A stretch of 32,000 nt of DNA from Candidatus Kuenenia stuttgartensis (lineage in GTDB: Bacteria > Planctomycetota > Brocadiia > Brocadiales > Brocadiaceae), in NCBI RefSeq assembly GCF_900232105.1, contig NZ_LT934425.1, forward strand, positions 3,090,001-3,122,000, written 5' to 3'. Positions 1 through 8,091 of the stretch are shown piece by piece (positions within the stretch are counted from its first letter, which is position 1; each line of letters begins with the position of its first letter). The notes beneath the pieces are model-generated. The model was not told the origin of the DNA, did no database searches, and worked only from the letters and a program-made list of their open reading frames with translations. Both the position numbers and the translations under genes were made by a program.

Positions 1-2
1 GA

Positions 3-374
3 CGTCCTGGCGTTCTTTCAAACAGGTATGCAGGCCCTGGCGCCACAGACGAAGCAAATATCCAAAAAGTACTCTCTGAATTATATAACTTTACCGAAGA
101 AAAACGTGCTGCCCGATTTGTCTGTTCCATTGCACTGGCAAGTCCGCACGAATTACTATTTGTGGTAGAAGATTACTGCGAAGGATTCATCGCAAAAGAA
201 CCAAGAGGTTCCGGGGGTTTTGGGTACGATCCTGTTTTTTTCGTACCATATTACAATCAGACACTTGCAGAGCTTTCCCAATTTTCAACATCGGTTAAGA
301 ATAAAATCAGCCATCGGGCAAAGGCATTGCAACAATTTAATGAACGCATAATCCCCCTTTTGCGCAGTAGATAA
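3..374 (+). CDS. rdgB: dITP/XTP pyrophosphatase (RdgB/HAM1 family), C-terminal part; 5' end lies outside the window
   Basis: Frame 3 is open from base 3. The translation ...GVLSNRYAGPGATDEANIQKVLSEL..ARFVCSIALASP..EPRGSGGFGYDPVFFVP..SHRAKAL carries the conserved RdgB/Ham1 motifs. The listed ORF 162..374 is only the GTG-started tail. Confidence 0.85.
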   Translation, partial: RPGVLSNRYAGPGATDEANIQKVLSELYNFTEEKRAARFVCSIALASPHELLFVVEDYCEGFIAKEPRGSGGFGYDPVFFVPYYNQTLAELSQFSTSVKNKISHRAKALQQFNERIIPLLRSR

Positions 375-405
375 TATAAGGGACTTGGAATTTATTATTC
401 CGTAG

Positions 406-472
406 CAGTCAACAGTCAACGGTCGGCAATCGGCAAATTGCAGACTGTTGACTGTTGATTGAGAACAAAAAC
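406..472. repeat. Heptamer-phased repeat tract forming a 12-bp-stem hairpin between convergent genes
   Basis: Eight consecutive 7-nt units run in one register: cagtcaa cagtcaa cggtcgg caatcgg caaattg cagactg ttgactg ttgattg. Bases 406-417 are the perfect reverse complement of 443-454. The tract lies between the rdgB stop (374) and the porB stop (508). No clear U-run follows, so a terminator role is only possible. Confidence 0.6.
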
Positions 473-507
473 AAAGAAATTACCTATAAGGGACTAACAA
501 CCTGATT

Positions 508-1272
508 TCAACCCTGAATTCCTTTCCAATACCGGTCCACAAATGACTGGATTTGACTGATCACCCCTTCCTGCCTTACCGGTTGAAAGAGATGTGCAAA
601 TCTTCCCTGTTCCCTCAAATATTCTTCAACCGGTTTAAATTTTTGGGGGATAATCGTATGGCTTATTTCGCCATAAACAGCCTCTTTCAATGCCCAAACG
701 CCAGTATCAACCGCAAGCTTCGCAAGTTTTGCTGAATGTGACGGGTCGGTATGCCAGCCCGGAGGACATGGAGAAAGATTAATAAACAATTTTGGCCCTT
801 TATAGTGTTTTGCCTTTTCAAATTTATTTATCAAATCCACCGGATGGGCGGGAGAAATAGTTGCAAGATACGGAGGTTTATGGCTTCTCCATATCTCAAA
901 AAGATCCTTCTTATAAAATAACTCTCCCAACGGATTCATTTTCCCTGCCGGGGTAGTGCGCGTATTGGAAGCAAATGGCGTTGCTCCCGAAGATTGAAAA
1001 CCGGTGTTGCCATATGCCTCATTATCGGAACACAGGTAATAAAAATCTACATTCCTATAAAGAGCGCCGGAAGTAGATGCGAGTCCAATATCATACGCAA
1101 CACCATCTCCTGTTAATACGACTACCTTCAAATCTTCATCGGGATTTAACCTTCCCTTTTTTATCAAAATATCAAGGGCGTCCCTTATCCCTTGTGCCCC
1201 GGCAGGGGCGCATGCCATTGCCGTATAAAGCCACGAACTCCTGAACGGCGTGTAAGGATAGACAGACAAAAG
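508..1272 (-). pseudogene. porB: 2-oxoacid (pyruvate):ferredoxin oxidoreductase beta subunit (TPP-binding), 3' fragment, split by an IS66-family insertion
   Basis: GDGVAYDIGLASTSGALYRNVDFYYLCSDNEAYGNTGFQ is the TPP-binding motif of PorB/KorB-type subunits. The first 9 residues of ORF 508..1299 (MGENTLNRY) are read from the IS end. Genuine gene sequence resumes at LLSVYPYTPF. Confidence 0.85.
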
Positions 1273-2992
1273 GTATCTATTCAGCGTATTTTCACCCACT
1301 GTCGCTACGAGCTAGCAAAATCAGGCAATTCGCCACGGAATAGCATCTGTAATGCCCGGCTCAAATTTACACCTTGTTTTCGACAGGTCGAGAGATAACT
1401 CCGAATGCGGCAGAAAATTTTCGCTCCCTCCAAAGAACGAAAACAGCCAGATATCTTCTGCTGAACCTTCGTCATCCTGATATCGTTTTCTGCCAAATTG
1501 TTCGTAAAGGGAACATTTTTATTGTCCATAAACCTCAACACATCACCCTCATACGTCCTCAATCGTTCCAGAAGATTCCGTGCCTTTGTCCTTTTTACCC
1601 TCCCCCTTTTTCCCTTACGGTTCGTTTCATCAGGAGGAGGGCTTTCGGCTTCTGCGTTTTGGAGTATCTTCCTATACCTTTGCCGGTATTTTTCTGACTC
1701 ATCAGTTCCCAGCATTCCCCCGGCATCACTCGTCGCACGGTTTATCTCTTTAAGTAATGCTTTCATCTCTTTCGCCCACTCCTGCTTATTATCATCTTCC
1801 CACACACCATCCAATTCCCTCAAGTGGTGTGCATTACACAACGCATGCGTACAGTTGCTATAGGTGTAATACGACTTCAAATGGTCGTGGCAAAGAATCC
1901 CCTTAAATTCAGGTAATATCCCGATACTATTTATCGCTTCTGTTCCACGTCTTTCATGCGGGAAAAAGTACGTCCACAAACTATTGGATGCACTGTGCAA
2001 CCAATACCTGTCTCCATTCTTGTTGATACTAGTTTCATCCACATGCATCACCTCTGATTTTGCAAGTTCTTCCCTGGCTCTCACTTCGAAGGGTTCCAAT
2101 GACTCGTAGGCTTCCCTGTTAAAGTTGTAAACAGAACCTTCACTCAGCGGTATCCCAATCTGTCCTTCAAAATACTCCTGTATCCTCTTGTAGGGTATCA
2201 ATTGATACTGCGACATATAGACTGCATGCGCTTTCAAATCCGGACCATACTGCACCGCCTTTGTTACCCCTTCCGGAAATGACGCTACAATCCGGTTCCC
2301 TTTCGCATCCTCTACTACCTCTGCACGATACTCCGTTACTACACGCGAAATCTTTATATCAAACACCTGGCGTGCTTCGTAACCTACCACCTTGTATTTG
2401 CTGCGCGGATACTTCCTCCGGTCTACTTTTATTACTTCCACCTCATCAGGATTGTCTACCTTTTTGAGCGTTACTCCATCACGGCCCTTTTGCCCGCCTG
2501 CCTTCCTTTCACCCTTCGCCTTGCTTTCTTTCTTGCGATTCGGATCGCTTGAGGGAGGCTTGCTGCTGTTGCGGCTGTTCCGGTTCAGACGTCCTACCAG
2601 CAGTGTTATCAATAATGCCAACAACTCTATCATTGACCTCACCGCCGGTGACAGCCCTTTCTCTTCTGAAAGCAGCTTCTCTACTTTTTGGAGTGTTGCG
2701 TCTACGTCTATATTCTCTATCGTCAATGGATGATACCTGTATAATTAGCCTGAAATTATCTACTGCATCTATTATACCACAGGTTTTTTCACCCTTTTCT
2801 TTCGCTCTATAACACACCACAAAGGCTCGAAATTCTATAACTGAACAGACCCCACACACGTCTCTATGCACGGCATCTTGCTGCCTGGTTTTAACGCATT
2901 TACAAACATATACATACACTACCAGGTAAATTGCTTGTTTGTAACATTTCTGCTGTCAAGCAAATTCTAAATTATTTTCGCTGAATAGTTAC
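1273..2992 (-). mobile_element. IS66-family insertion sequence, single-ORF (ISBst12-like) type, 1720 bp
   Basis: The terminal inverted repeats are GTATCTATTCAGCG (1273-1286) and the reverse complement of 2979-2992, GTAACTATTCAGCG (13/14 match, with the GTA start typical of IS66). An 8-bp direct repeat GACAAAAG flanks the element at 1265-1272 and 2993-3000. It contains one transposase ORF. Confidence 0.9.
1305..2726 (-). CDS. IS66-family DDE transposase (TnpC-like)
   Basis: The 473-aa ORF has a basic N-terminal region, then HVDETSINKNG, LCHDHLKSY and the CNAHHLRE motif characteristic of IS66 transposases. Confidence 0.9.
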   Translation of the reverse strand: MTIENIDVDATLQKVEKLLSEEKGLSPAVRSMIELLALLITLLVGRLNRNSRNSSKPPSSDPNRKKESKAKGERKAGGQKGRDGVTLKKVDNPDEVEVIKVDRRKYPRSKYKVVGYEARQVFDIKISRVVTEYRAEVVEDAKGNRIVASFPEGVTKAVQYGPDLKAHAVYMSQYQLIPYKRIQEYFEGQIGIPLSEGSVYNFNREAYESLEPFEVRAREELAKSEVMHVDETSINKNGDRYWLHSASNSLWTYFFPHERRGTEAINSIGILPEFKGILCHDHLKSYYTYSNCTHALCNAHHLRELDGVWEDDNKQEWAKEMKALLKEINRATSDAGGMLGTDESEKYRQRYRKILQNAEAESPPPDETNRKGKRGRVKRTKARNLLERLRTYEGDVLRFMDNKNVPFTNNLAENDIRMTKVQQKISGCFRSLEGAKIFCRIRSYLSTCRKQGVNLSRALQMLFRGELPDFASS

Positions 2993-3159
2993 GACAAAAG
3001 GGTAAAACATCCCGCAGCATTGACGATAACAATATTTTCCCCCAAAATCTTTAGGCAGTGCCTCAATGATAAAAGCCCGCCACAACCCGCACATGCAGGG
3101 GTACCGGGATAAATATTCTCATGCAAAGGAATATCGCGAATAGATTTAATAGTATTCAT
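2993..3159 (-). pseudogene. porB: porB 5' fragment (N-terminal about 55 codons)
   Basis: The minus-strand ATG at 3159 gives MNTIKSIRDIPLHENIYPGTPACAGCGGLLSLRHCLKILGENIVIVNAAGCFTLLS. Removing the IS and one copy of the 8-bp duplication joins it in frame to ..VYPYTPF at 1264. This restores a 307-aa PorB. Confidence 0.85.
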
Positions 3160-3324
3160 CTTTATACAAAATCACACCCTTATAAATTTGGTGAAATCCG
3201 AAACCCAAAACAAATTCTAACGACAAAATGATTTGAAATACTAAAGCTCCGGCTTGATAACTAGAATATTAATGTTTAAAACCCGGTTTTTTTCACCTGT
3301 CTGCGTGCAATGTAAAGGCAGGTT

Positions 3325-3415
3325 GGGATTTTGTATTTTGAAATTTGTTTCGTATTTCGCACTTCGAATTTCGTATTTTTTATTTCGTGCTTGTTTGGCT
3401 CTGGCTATGCCATGT
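3325..3415. repeat. Dispersed repeat family B copy, in the spacer between porA and porB
   Basis: The sequence is tttgtttcgtatttcgcacttcgaatttcgtattttttatttcgtgcttgtttggctctggctatgcc. It is nearly the same as 7997-8075. Partial reverse-complement copies lie at 22738-22780 and 23136-23176. Confidence 0.75.
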
Positions 3416-3447
3416 TAGGAATTTCAAAAATGTGGTTTTTCCCTATG

Positions 3448-4683
3448 TTAACCATTTCTACCGGCGATTTTTTTCAAATTTTCCATTCCGTTCCATTCTT
3501 CTTTTGTATAAAGAAGGTATGGATCTGAAGTCGCGCCTGTTTTGTTTGCCTTTTGCAAATGTGCAAAAATCACTTCAAATTCTTCCGGACTTACGTTTTT
3601 GCCGCCAAGGCCGCCAATAAAAGAAAGTAATACAGGCCTTTCCCTTTCGTTATACATACAACCGGCAATTTCTGAAAACAAAATACCGCCTTTTCCAACG
3701 CTTATATTCTGATCAAACACTGCAACGGCCTTCTTCCCTCTAAGTGCCGCCTGAATGTCAGTTCCAGGGAACGGTCTTATCATCCTTATTCTCAGAAGGC
3801 CGATGCGAATGCCCTTTGCCCTTGCTTTTTTAACTGCTGCCTTTCCAATGGTGGAAAAGGAATTTGTCATGATTAATACATATTCTGCATTCTCCATCAT
3901 AAATTCCTCTACAACACCATGGCGCCTTCCGAACACATCTTCAAATTCCCCGGCAATTTCTTTATAAACATTGAGACTATTTCTGCTGGCAAGATGCATT
4001 TGGTATTTGAAATACGTATATGCAAACCCGCCCAGCACAGCTACGCCTTGTGACGATGGCTGGCTTGCCTTGAAAAATGCATGCCTGGAGGTATACGCAG
4101 GTAGAAAACTTCTTACTTCTTTGATATCGGGTATTTCAACCGGTTCTCTCGTAAAAGAAAGATGGAAACCATCAAAATTGACAAGCACCGGCAAGAGGAC
4201 TCGCTCATCTTCCGCCAATTTATACGCAATCAAAATCGAATCTAAAATTTCCTGGCACGACTCGCAGTGAATCTGTAAAAAACCTGTATCACGTGCGGAG
4301 AGAATATCGTTGTGGTCCGGTTCAAGTGTTATCGGCGCAGATAAGCCCCTGGAGACATTTACCATAACAAAAGGGGCGCGCCATCCTACCACGGTGTAAA
4401 GCATTTCGTAGCCGTACAGAAGGCCCTGGCTTGACGTTGCGGTAAAAACCCTTACCCCCGTTACATTCGCTGCGCCAGCGGCGGTAATCATTGAATGTTC
4501 CGATTCCAGGGAGACAAACATGGCGTCCATTTCTCCATTATTTATCCAATACACCAGTTTTTCGATTATCTCCGTTTGTGGAGTGATCGGATATGTTGGA
4601 ACATAGTCAACTTCCGCCAGTCGCGCACCCCATGCCGCGGCAGCATTGCCCGTTAGCATTTCCCTTTTATTGTCAATAGACAT
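3448..4683 (-). CDS. porA: 2-oxoacid (pyruvate):ferredoxin oxidoreductase alpha subunit
   Basis: The 411-aa ORF starts GNAAAAWGARLAEVDYVPTYPITPQTEIIEKL, a typical PorA/VorA/KorA N-terminus. It lies upstream of porB on the same strand. Confidence 0.85.
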   Translation of the reverse strand: MSIDNKREMLTGNAAAAWGARLAEVDYVPTYPITPQTEIIEKLVYWINNGEMDAMFVSLESEHSMITAAGAANVTGVRVFTATSSQGLLYGYEMLYTVVGWRAPFVMVNVSRGLSAPITLEPDHNDILSARDTGFLQIHCESCQEILDSILIAYKLAEDERVLLPVLVNFDGFHLSFTREPVEIPDIKEVRSFLPAYTSRHAFFKASQPSSQGVAVLGGFAYTYFKYQMHLASRNSLNVYKEIAGEFEDVFGRRHGVVEEFMMENAEYVLIMTNSFSTIGKAAVKKARAKGIRIGLLRIRMIRPFPGTDIQAALRGKKAVAVFDQNISVGKGGILFSEIAGCMYNERERPVLLSFIGGLGGKNVSPEEFEVIFAHLQKANKTGATSDPYLLYTKEEWNGMENLKKIAGRNG

Positions 4684-4788
4684 ATCTCTCTTTATTACAG
4701 TATTCCTCTGTAAAAACCTCGTTTTTGTAAGTTTTTCTTCGTGGTTAAAGTCTTTTTGGTTGAGGTTTTACGGAATGGGGTAAAATCT

Positions 4789-5280
4789 TTATCCCACCAA
4801 CTTAAACTTATTCCTGGGAGCACCGCATATCTCACATGTATCAGGAGCTGCTTTTTCAACAGTATTGCCGCAGACCTGACACACATAATAGTCCACAATT
4901 TCATTATCCCCCAGATTATTTAATGCTCTTTTGTAAAGATTTGCATGAATACTTTCCACTTTATTTGCGAAGGCAAAACTCTGCTCCGCTTTTTTATGGC
5001 CCTCTTTTTTTGCATTTTCGATCATTCCAGGATACATTTTGGTAAATTCATACGTTTCGCCGTTTATTGCTTCCTGGATATTTTCTTTCGTACTGCGGAC
5101 TCCGTCTAAAGCACGAAGGTGACTGTGGGCGTGTACGGTTTCGGCTTCGGCAGCAGCACGAAAAAGCTTTGCAACCTGAGCATATCCTTCCTCTTCAGCC
5201 TTTTTTGCAAAAGCAAGATACTTTCTGTTCGCTTGCGATTCTCCTGCAAACGCCTCTTTTAAATCATCGGTAGTCGCCAT
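4789..5280 (-). CDS. rbr: Rubrerythrin
   Basis: MATTDDLKEAFAGESQANRKYLAFAKKAEEEGY..ETVHAHSHL is a diiron four-helix motif. The C-terminus has a rubredoxin-like CQVCG..CEICG. The ATG at 5280 is preceded by AAAGGAGGA. The longer listed ORF to 5463 runs through a repeat tract and is rejected. Confidence 0.9.
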   Translation of the reverse strand: MATTDDLKEAFAGESQANRKYLAFAKKAEEEGYAQVAKLFRAAAEAETVHAHSHLRALDGVRSTKENIQEAINGETYEFTKMYPGMIENAKKEGHKKAEQSFAFANKVESIHANLYKRALNNLGDNEIVDYYVCQVCGNTVEKAAPDTCEICGAPRNKFKLVG

Positions 5281-5421
5281 AATGAATCCTCCTTTAAAAA
5301 TGATATTTATTTTATTACAGAAAAACACAATTTCATATGGCAATATATTAGCAAAATACCTCGTGTTTTTCCAACTTTTGAATAAATAACTATTTTGGGA
5401 AGAAATCGGCAGTCCATAGTA

Positions 5422-5484
5422 GGCAATCGGCAATCGGCAGATTGCACATTGCACATTGCACATTGTGGACTGTGGACTGTGGGG
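5422..5484. repeat. Heptamer-phased tandem repeat tract
   Basis: Nine consecutive 7-nt units run in one register: ggcaatc x2, ggcagat, tgcacat x3, tgtggac x2, tgtgggg. It shares the ggcaatcggca core with the tract at 406-472. Confidence 0.7.
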
Positions 5485-5542
5485 GGAGAAATTGAGAAAA
5501 ACAGGGTGTTCATTCCTACGCTTACGAATCAGACGCAGAGTA

Positions 5543-6316
5543 TCACTTCCTGATTAGTGGAACAAACCGGACCGGAATGATAGATTTTTTTACAACATTC
5601 GATGAAGCATCTTTTGTAATCAATATTAATTCCTGTATTTCATACACGCCGCCTACCGGAATTACCATACGTCCTGATGGTTTAAGTTGATCAATAAGTG
5701 GTTGTGGAATTTTTTCTGTTGCGGCAGTTACTATTATGGCGTCAAAGGGAGCATGTTCCGGCCAACCGTTATAACCGTCGCCTATCCTGACTTCTACATT
5801 ATCAAATCCCATGGTTTGTAACTGTTCTTTTGCCCGGAGGCCTAATTCTTCCACTATTTCTATTGTATATACCTGCTTTACCATTTTGGCAAGAATGGCA
5901 GCCTGATATCCAGAGCCGGAGCCAATTTCCAGGACAACCGCATCTTCATCCGGCTGCAATAGTTCTGTCATAAATGCCACAATGTATGGTTGGGATATTG
6001 TCTGTCCATAACCTATCGGCAAAGGATTATCAAAATAACTATAATGACGGTTTTCTTCCGGAATAAACAAGTGCCTGGGGACGGATTCCATGGCATCCAA
6101 TACCCTTTTGTCAGCCACACCCCTGTTCGCAATCTGCCTTTCTACCATCTGTTTGCGCTGTAAGGTAAAAGCATCTTCATTTAATATAGTATTTTTACCG
6201 CCCATCGCTGAAACAGCACCTTTACTAACAATGAAAAAAGAAATGAAAGCTATCACAATTATGAAGCTGGGAGAAATTGAAGCCGTTAGTTTTGTCTCTC
6301 TATAAATTGTATCCAT
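5543..6316 (-). CDS. pcm: Protein-L-isoaspartate O-methyltransferase with an N-terminal hydrophobic signal/anchor
   Basis: Matches are RHLFIPEENRHYSYFDNPLPIGYGQTISQPYIVAFMTELL and the SAM motif VLEIGSGSGYQAA. The N-terminal SFIIVIAFISFFIV segment is hydrophobic. An alternative start at M38 is possible. Confidence 0.85.
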   Translation of the reverse strand: MDTIYRETKLTASISPSFIIVIAFISFFIVSKGAVSAMGGKNTILNEDAFTLQRKQMVERQIANRGVADKRVLDAMESVPRHLFIPEENRHYSYFDNPLPIGYGQTISQPYIVAFMTELLQPDEDAVVLEIGSGSGYQAAILAKMVKQVYTIEIVEELGLRAKEQLQTMGFDNVEVRIGDGYNGWPEHAPFDAIIVTAATEKIPQPLIDQLKPSGRMVIPVGGVYEIQELILITKDASSNVVKKSIIPVRFVPLIRK

Positions 6317-6443
6317 ACTAATAAAACAATATTATCTTGTACCAAATAACACAAGCTTTTTTTACTGTTTTTATTTTTCGCAAAATGCTTATATCCGTAA
6401 CATTTTATCTTTTTGAAAAATTCACGGGATAGAAAAAATACCA

Positions 6444-6525
6444 TGTAGCCCCGTTAGGGGCGGTCTGTTTGTAGCACAATAAAATTCAATAGAGTAAATA
6501 GCTCCGTAGGAGCGGCCTGTCCGTA
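6444..6525. repeat. Two related REP-like hairpin units
   Basis: The units are tagccccgttaggggcggtctgt (6446-6468) and tagctccgtaggagcggcctgt (6499-6520). Each contains a short palindrome (ccccgttagggg / ctccgtaggag). Confidence 0.4.
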
Positions 6526-6567
6526 TTCTTAATTTATCCTGATTGTCAAACAATACTACAGTATAAT

Positions 6568-7392
6568 TCAGGGAAATAACAACCGGAGACATTGTATAAA
6601 ATCATGGGAAATGGGCGCAGTGACAGAAATTTCCTTTTTTGTATAGGGGTGAACGAAGGATATCCTATGCGCATGAAGCATTTGCCTTTTCGCCTCTCTG
6701 TGTAGTATATTCTCAATTTCTTTCCGTGCGTATTCTGTTTCTCCTATTACCGGGTGGCCAATGGATGCAAGGTGAATTCTGATTTGATGCCTTCTGCCCG
6801 TTTCTGTGGCTACCTCAAGGTAAGATGTGTTTTTCCCTTTCTTTAATAATGTAATGTGTGTTACGGCTGTTTGTCCGCCAACAGGACTATTGATAGTGAA
6901 GGCAGGTTCACAAATCTTTCCCGTTACAATTACACGATAAATCTTTTGAATGTCGTGTTTTTTAAACACCTTTTTCATCTCTTCAAAAGCGTTTTCGTTT
7001 TTAGCAAAAATCAATGCGCCGGAGGTATCTTTATCTAACCGGTGAACAGCCTGTATCCGGTCACGGTTAAACTGCGTCCGCAAATCACGCTCGATACTAT
7101 TCTGCCCATTTGTTACGATGCCAGGAGGTTTTGAAACAATTACATAACAATCATCGTTAAAAAGAATATCGTATGTCTTCTTTTCCGGTTGGCGCGTCTT
7201 ACCGGAAAGAACCTCAATGCTATCACCTGGTTTTAATTGATAGGAAGCAATCCACACCCTTTTTCTATTGACAAACACTAGGCGGTCATCCAGAAGCTGT
7301 TTTGCTTTTTTATTAGACAAGGAAAGTTTATTTGCAATAAAATGAAGCAGCGTAAGCTCACTATCCCGATGCGTGACAATAAATTTATGCAT
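6568..7392 (-). CDS. RluA-family 23S/16S rRNA pseudouridine synthase with an N-terminal S4-like domain
   Basis: The 274-aa ORF has the catalytic motif HRLDKDTSGALIFAKN and the downstream RRHQIRIHL. Confidence 0.85.
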   Translation of the reverse strand: MHKFIVTHRDSELTLLHFIANKLSLSNKKAKQLLDDRLVFVNRKRVWIASYQLKPGDSIEVLSGKTRQPEKKTYDILFNDDCYVIVSKPPGIVTNGQNSIERDLRTQFNRDRIQAVHRLDKDTSGALIFAKNENAFEEMKKVFKKHDIQKIYRVIVTGKICEPAFTINSPVGGQTAVTHITLLKKGKNTSYLEVATETGRRHQIRIHLASIGHPVIGETEYARKEIENILHREAKRQMLHAHRISFVHPYTKKEISVTAPISHDFIQCLRLLFP

Positions 7393-7597
7393 TTTTGCCT
7401 TCCGTTCAGGAGTAAATGGAAATCATAGGTGAACTACCGATTTCACAAATTAAAAAATCCTTCACAAGCTTACAATTAACCAATGACCAAATATATTACT
7501 ACACTGTTATCCGGTAAAAAATCTTTTTTTGGCAACACTTTAGTTTTTTTGAAAAATAAAAATGTCAGGGAATTTCATCATGTATGGCAGGCACTGT

Positions 7598-7729
7598 CTA
7601 CCGGAAATTGGGCGTCGATTGGGTAGTCTCTTGAAGAAGCTTCCCCTGCACAATTTTTCTTTGCTTTTTTGGTACCCACACAATATGATATTTGCATTCC
7701 CATACCGTACGTACTAAACTCTTTTTCAT
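7598..7729 (-). pseudogene. IS200/IS605-family TnpA (Y1 transposase) N-terminal remnant
   Basis: The minus-strand ATG at 7729 follows AGGAG. It gives MKKSLVRTVWECKYHIVWVPKKQRKIVQGKL..., matching the conserved WxCKYHxVWxPKxRxK start of IS200 TnpA. It stops after 43 codons, whereas the full protein is about 130-150 aa. Confidence 0.6.
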
Positions 7730-7832
7730 CTTTAACTCCTTTCTCCAGGATTGGCTACTTTAGCAACCTTAAGCCATACATGATACAAAGAAGTTTTGTT
7801 TTTATTAACAAGTTGGTTTTTTGAAAAGGTAG

Positions 7833-7900
7833 ATGCGAAGCATTTGCCCGTTTGGGTATGAACGCATTTATAAAAATTTATAGCAAATGATTCGCCTCTA
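7833..7900. repeat. Palindromic dispersed repeat family A copy
   Basis: The sequence is gcgaagcatttgcccgtttgggtatgaacgcatttataaaaatttatagcaaatgattcgcc. The terminal arms are inverted copies (GCGAAGCATTTGC / GCAAATG(c/a)TTCGCC). Confidence 0.75.
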
Positions 7901-7996
7901 CTCCATTTTTGGCAAAATATTTAATTGTGAAATCCGAAAATGCTAAATAAGAATCTACCCTCTGCACCTCCCAGCGGGGGATATTTTCCCTCTTTG

Positions 7997-8075
7997 GAAT
8001 TTGTTTCGTATTTCGCATGTAGCACTTCGAATTTCGTATTTTTATTTCCTGTTTGTTTGGTTCTGGCTATGCCAT
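7997..8075. repeat. Dispersed repeat family B copy immediately upstream of acsA
   Basis: The sequence is tttgtttcgtatttcgcatgtagcacttcgaatttcgtatttttatttcctgtttgtttggttctggctatgcc. See the copy at 3325-3415. Confidence 0.75.
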
Positions 8076-8091
8076 TTTAGTTTGTTACGCT

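Noticed and set aside
406-472. Possible CRISPR array or other spaced repeat at 406-472 and 5422-5484.
   Set aside because: The units are contiguous 7-mers with no spacers, the total length is under 70 nt, and no cas genes are present. They are reported as heptamer-phased repeats instead.
5281-5463. The 61-codon N-terminal extension of the rubrerythrin ORF.
   Set aside because: It runs through the heptamer repeat tract. A strong AAAGGAGGA RBS precedes the internal ATG at 5280, which gives a canonical rubrerythrin N-terminus.
8053-8091. The listed start of the acsA ORF at 8053 (MFGSGYAILVCYA..).
   Set aside because: These codons are the ttgtttggttctggctatgcc arm of repeat family B. ATG 8092 gives a normal N-terminus.
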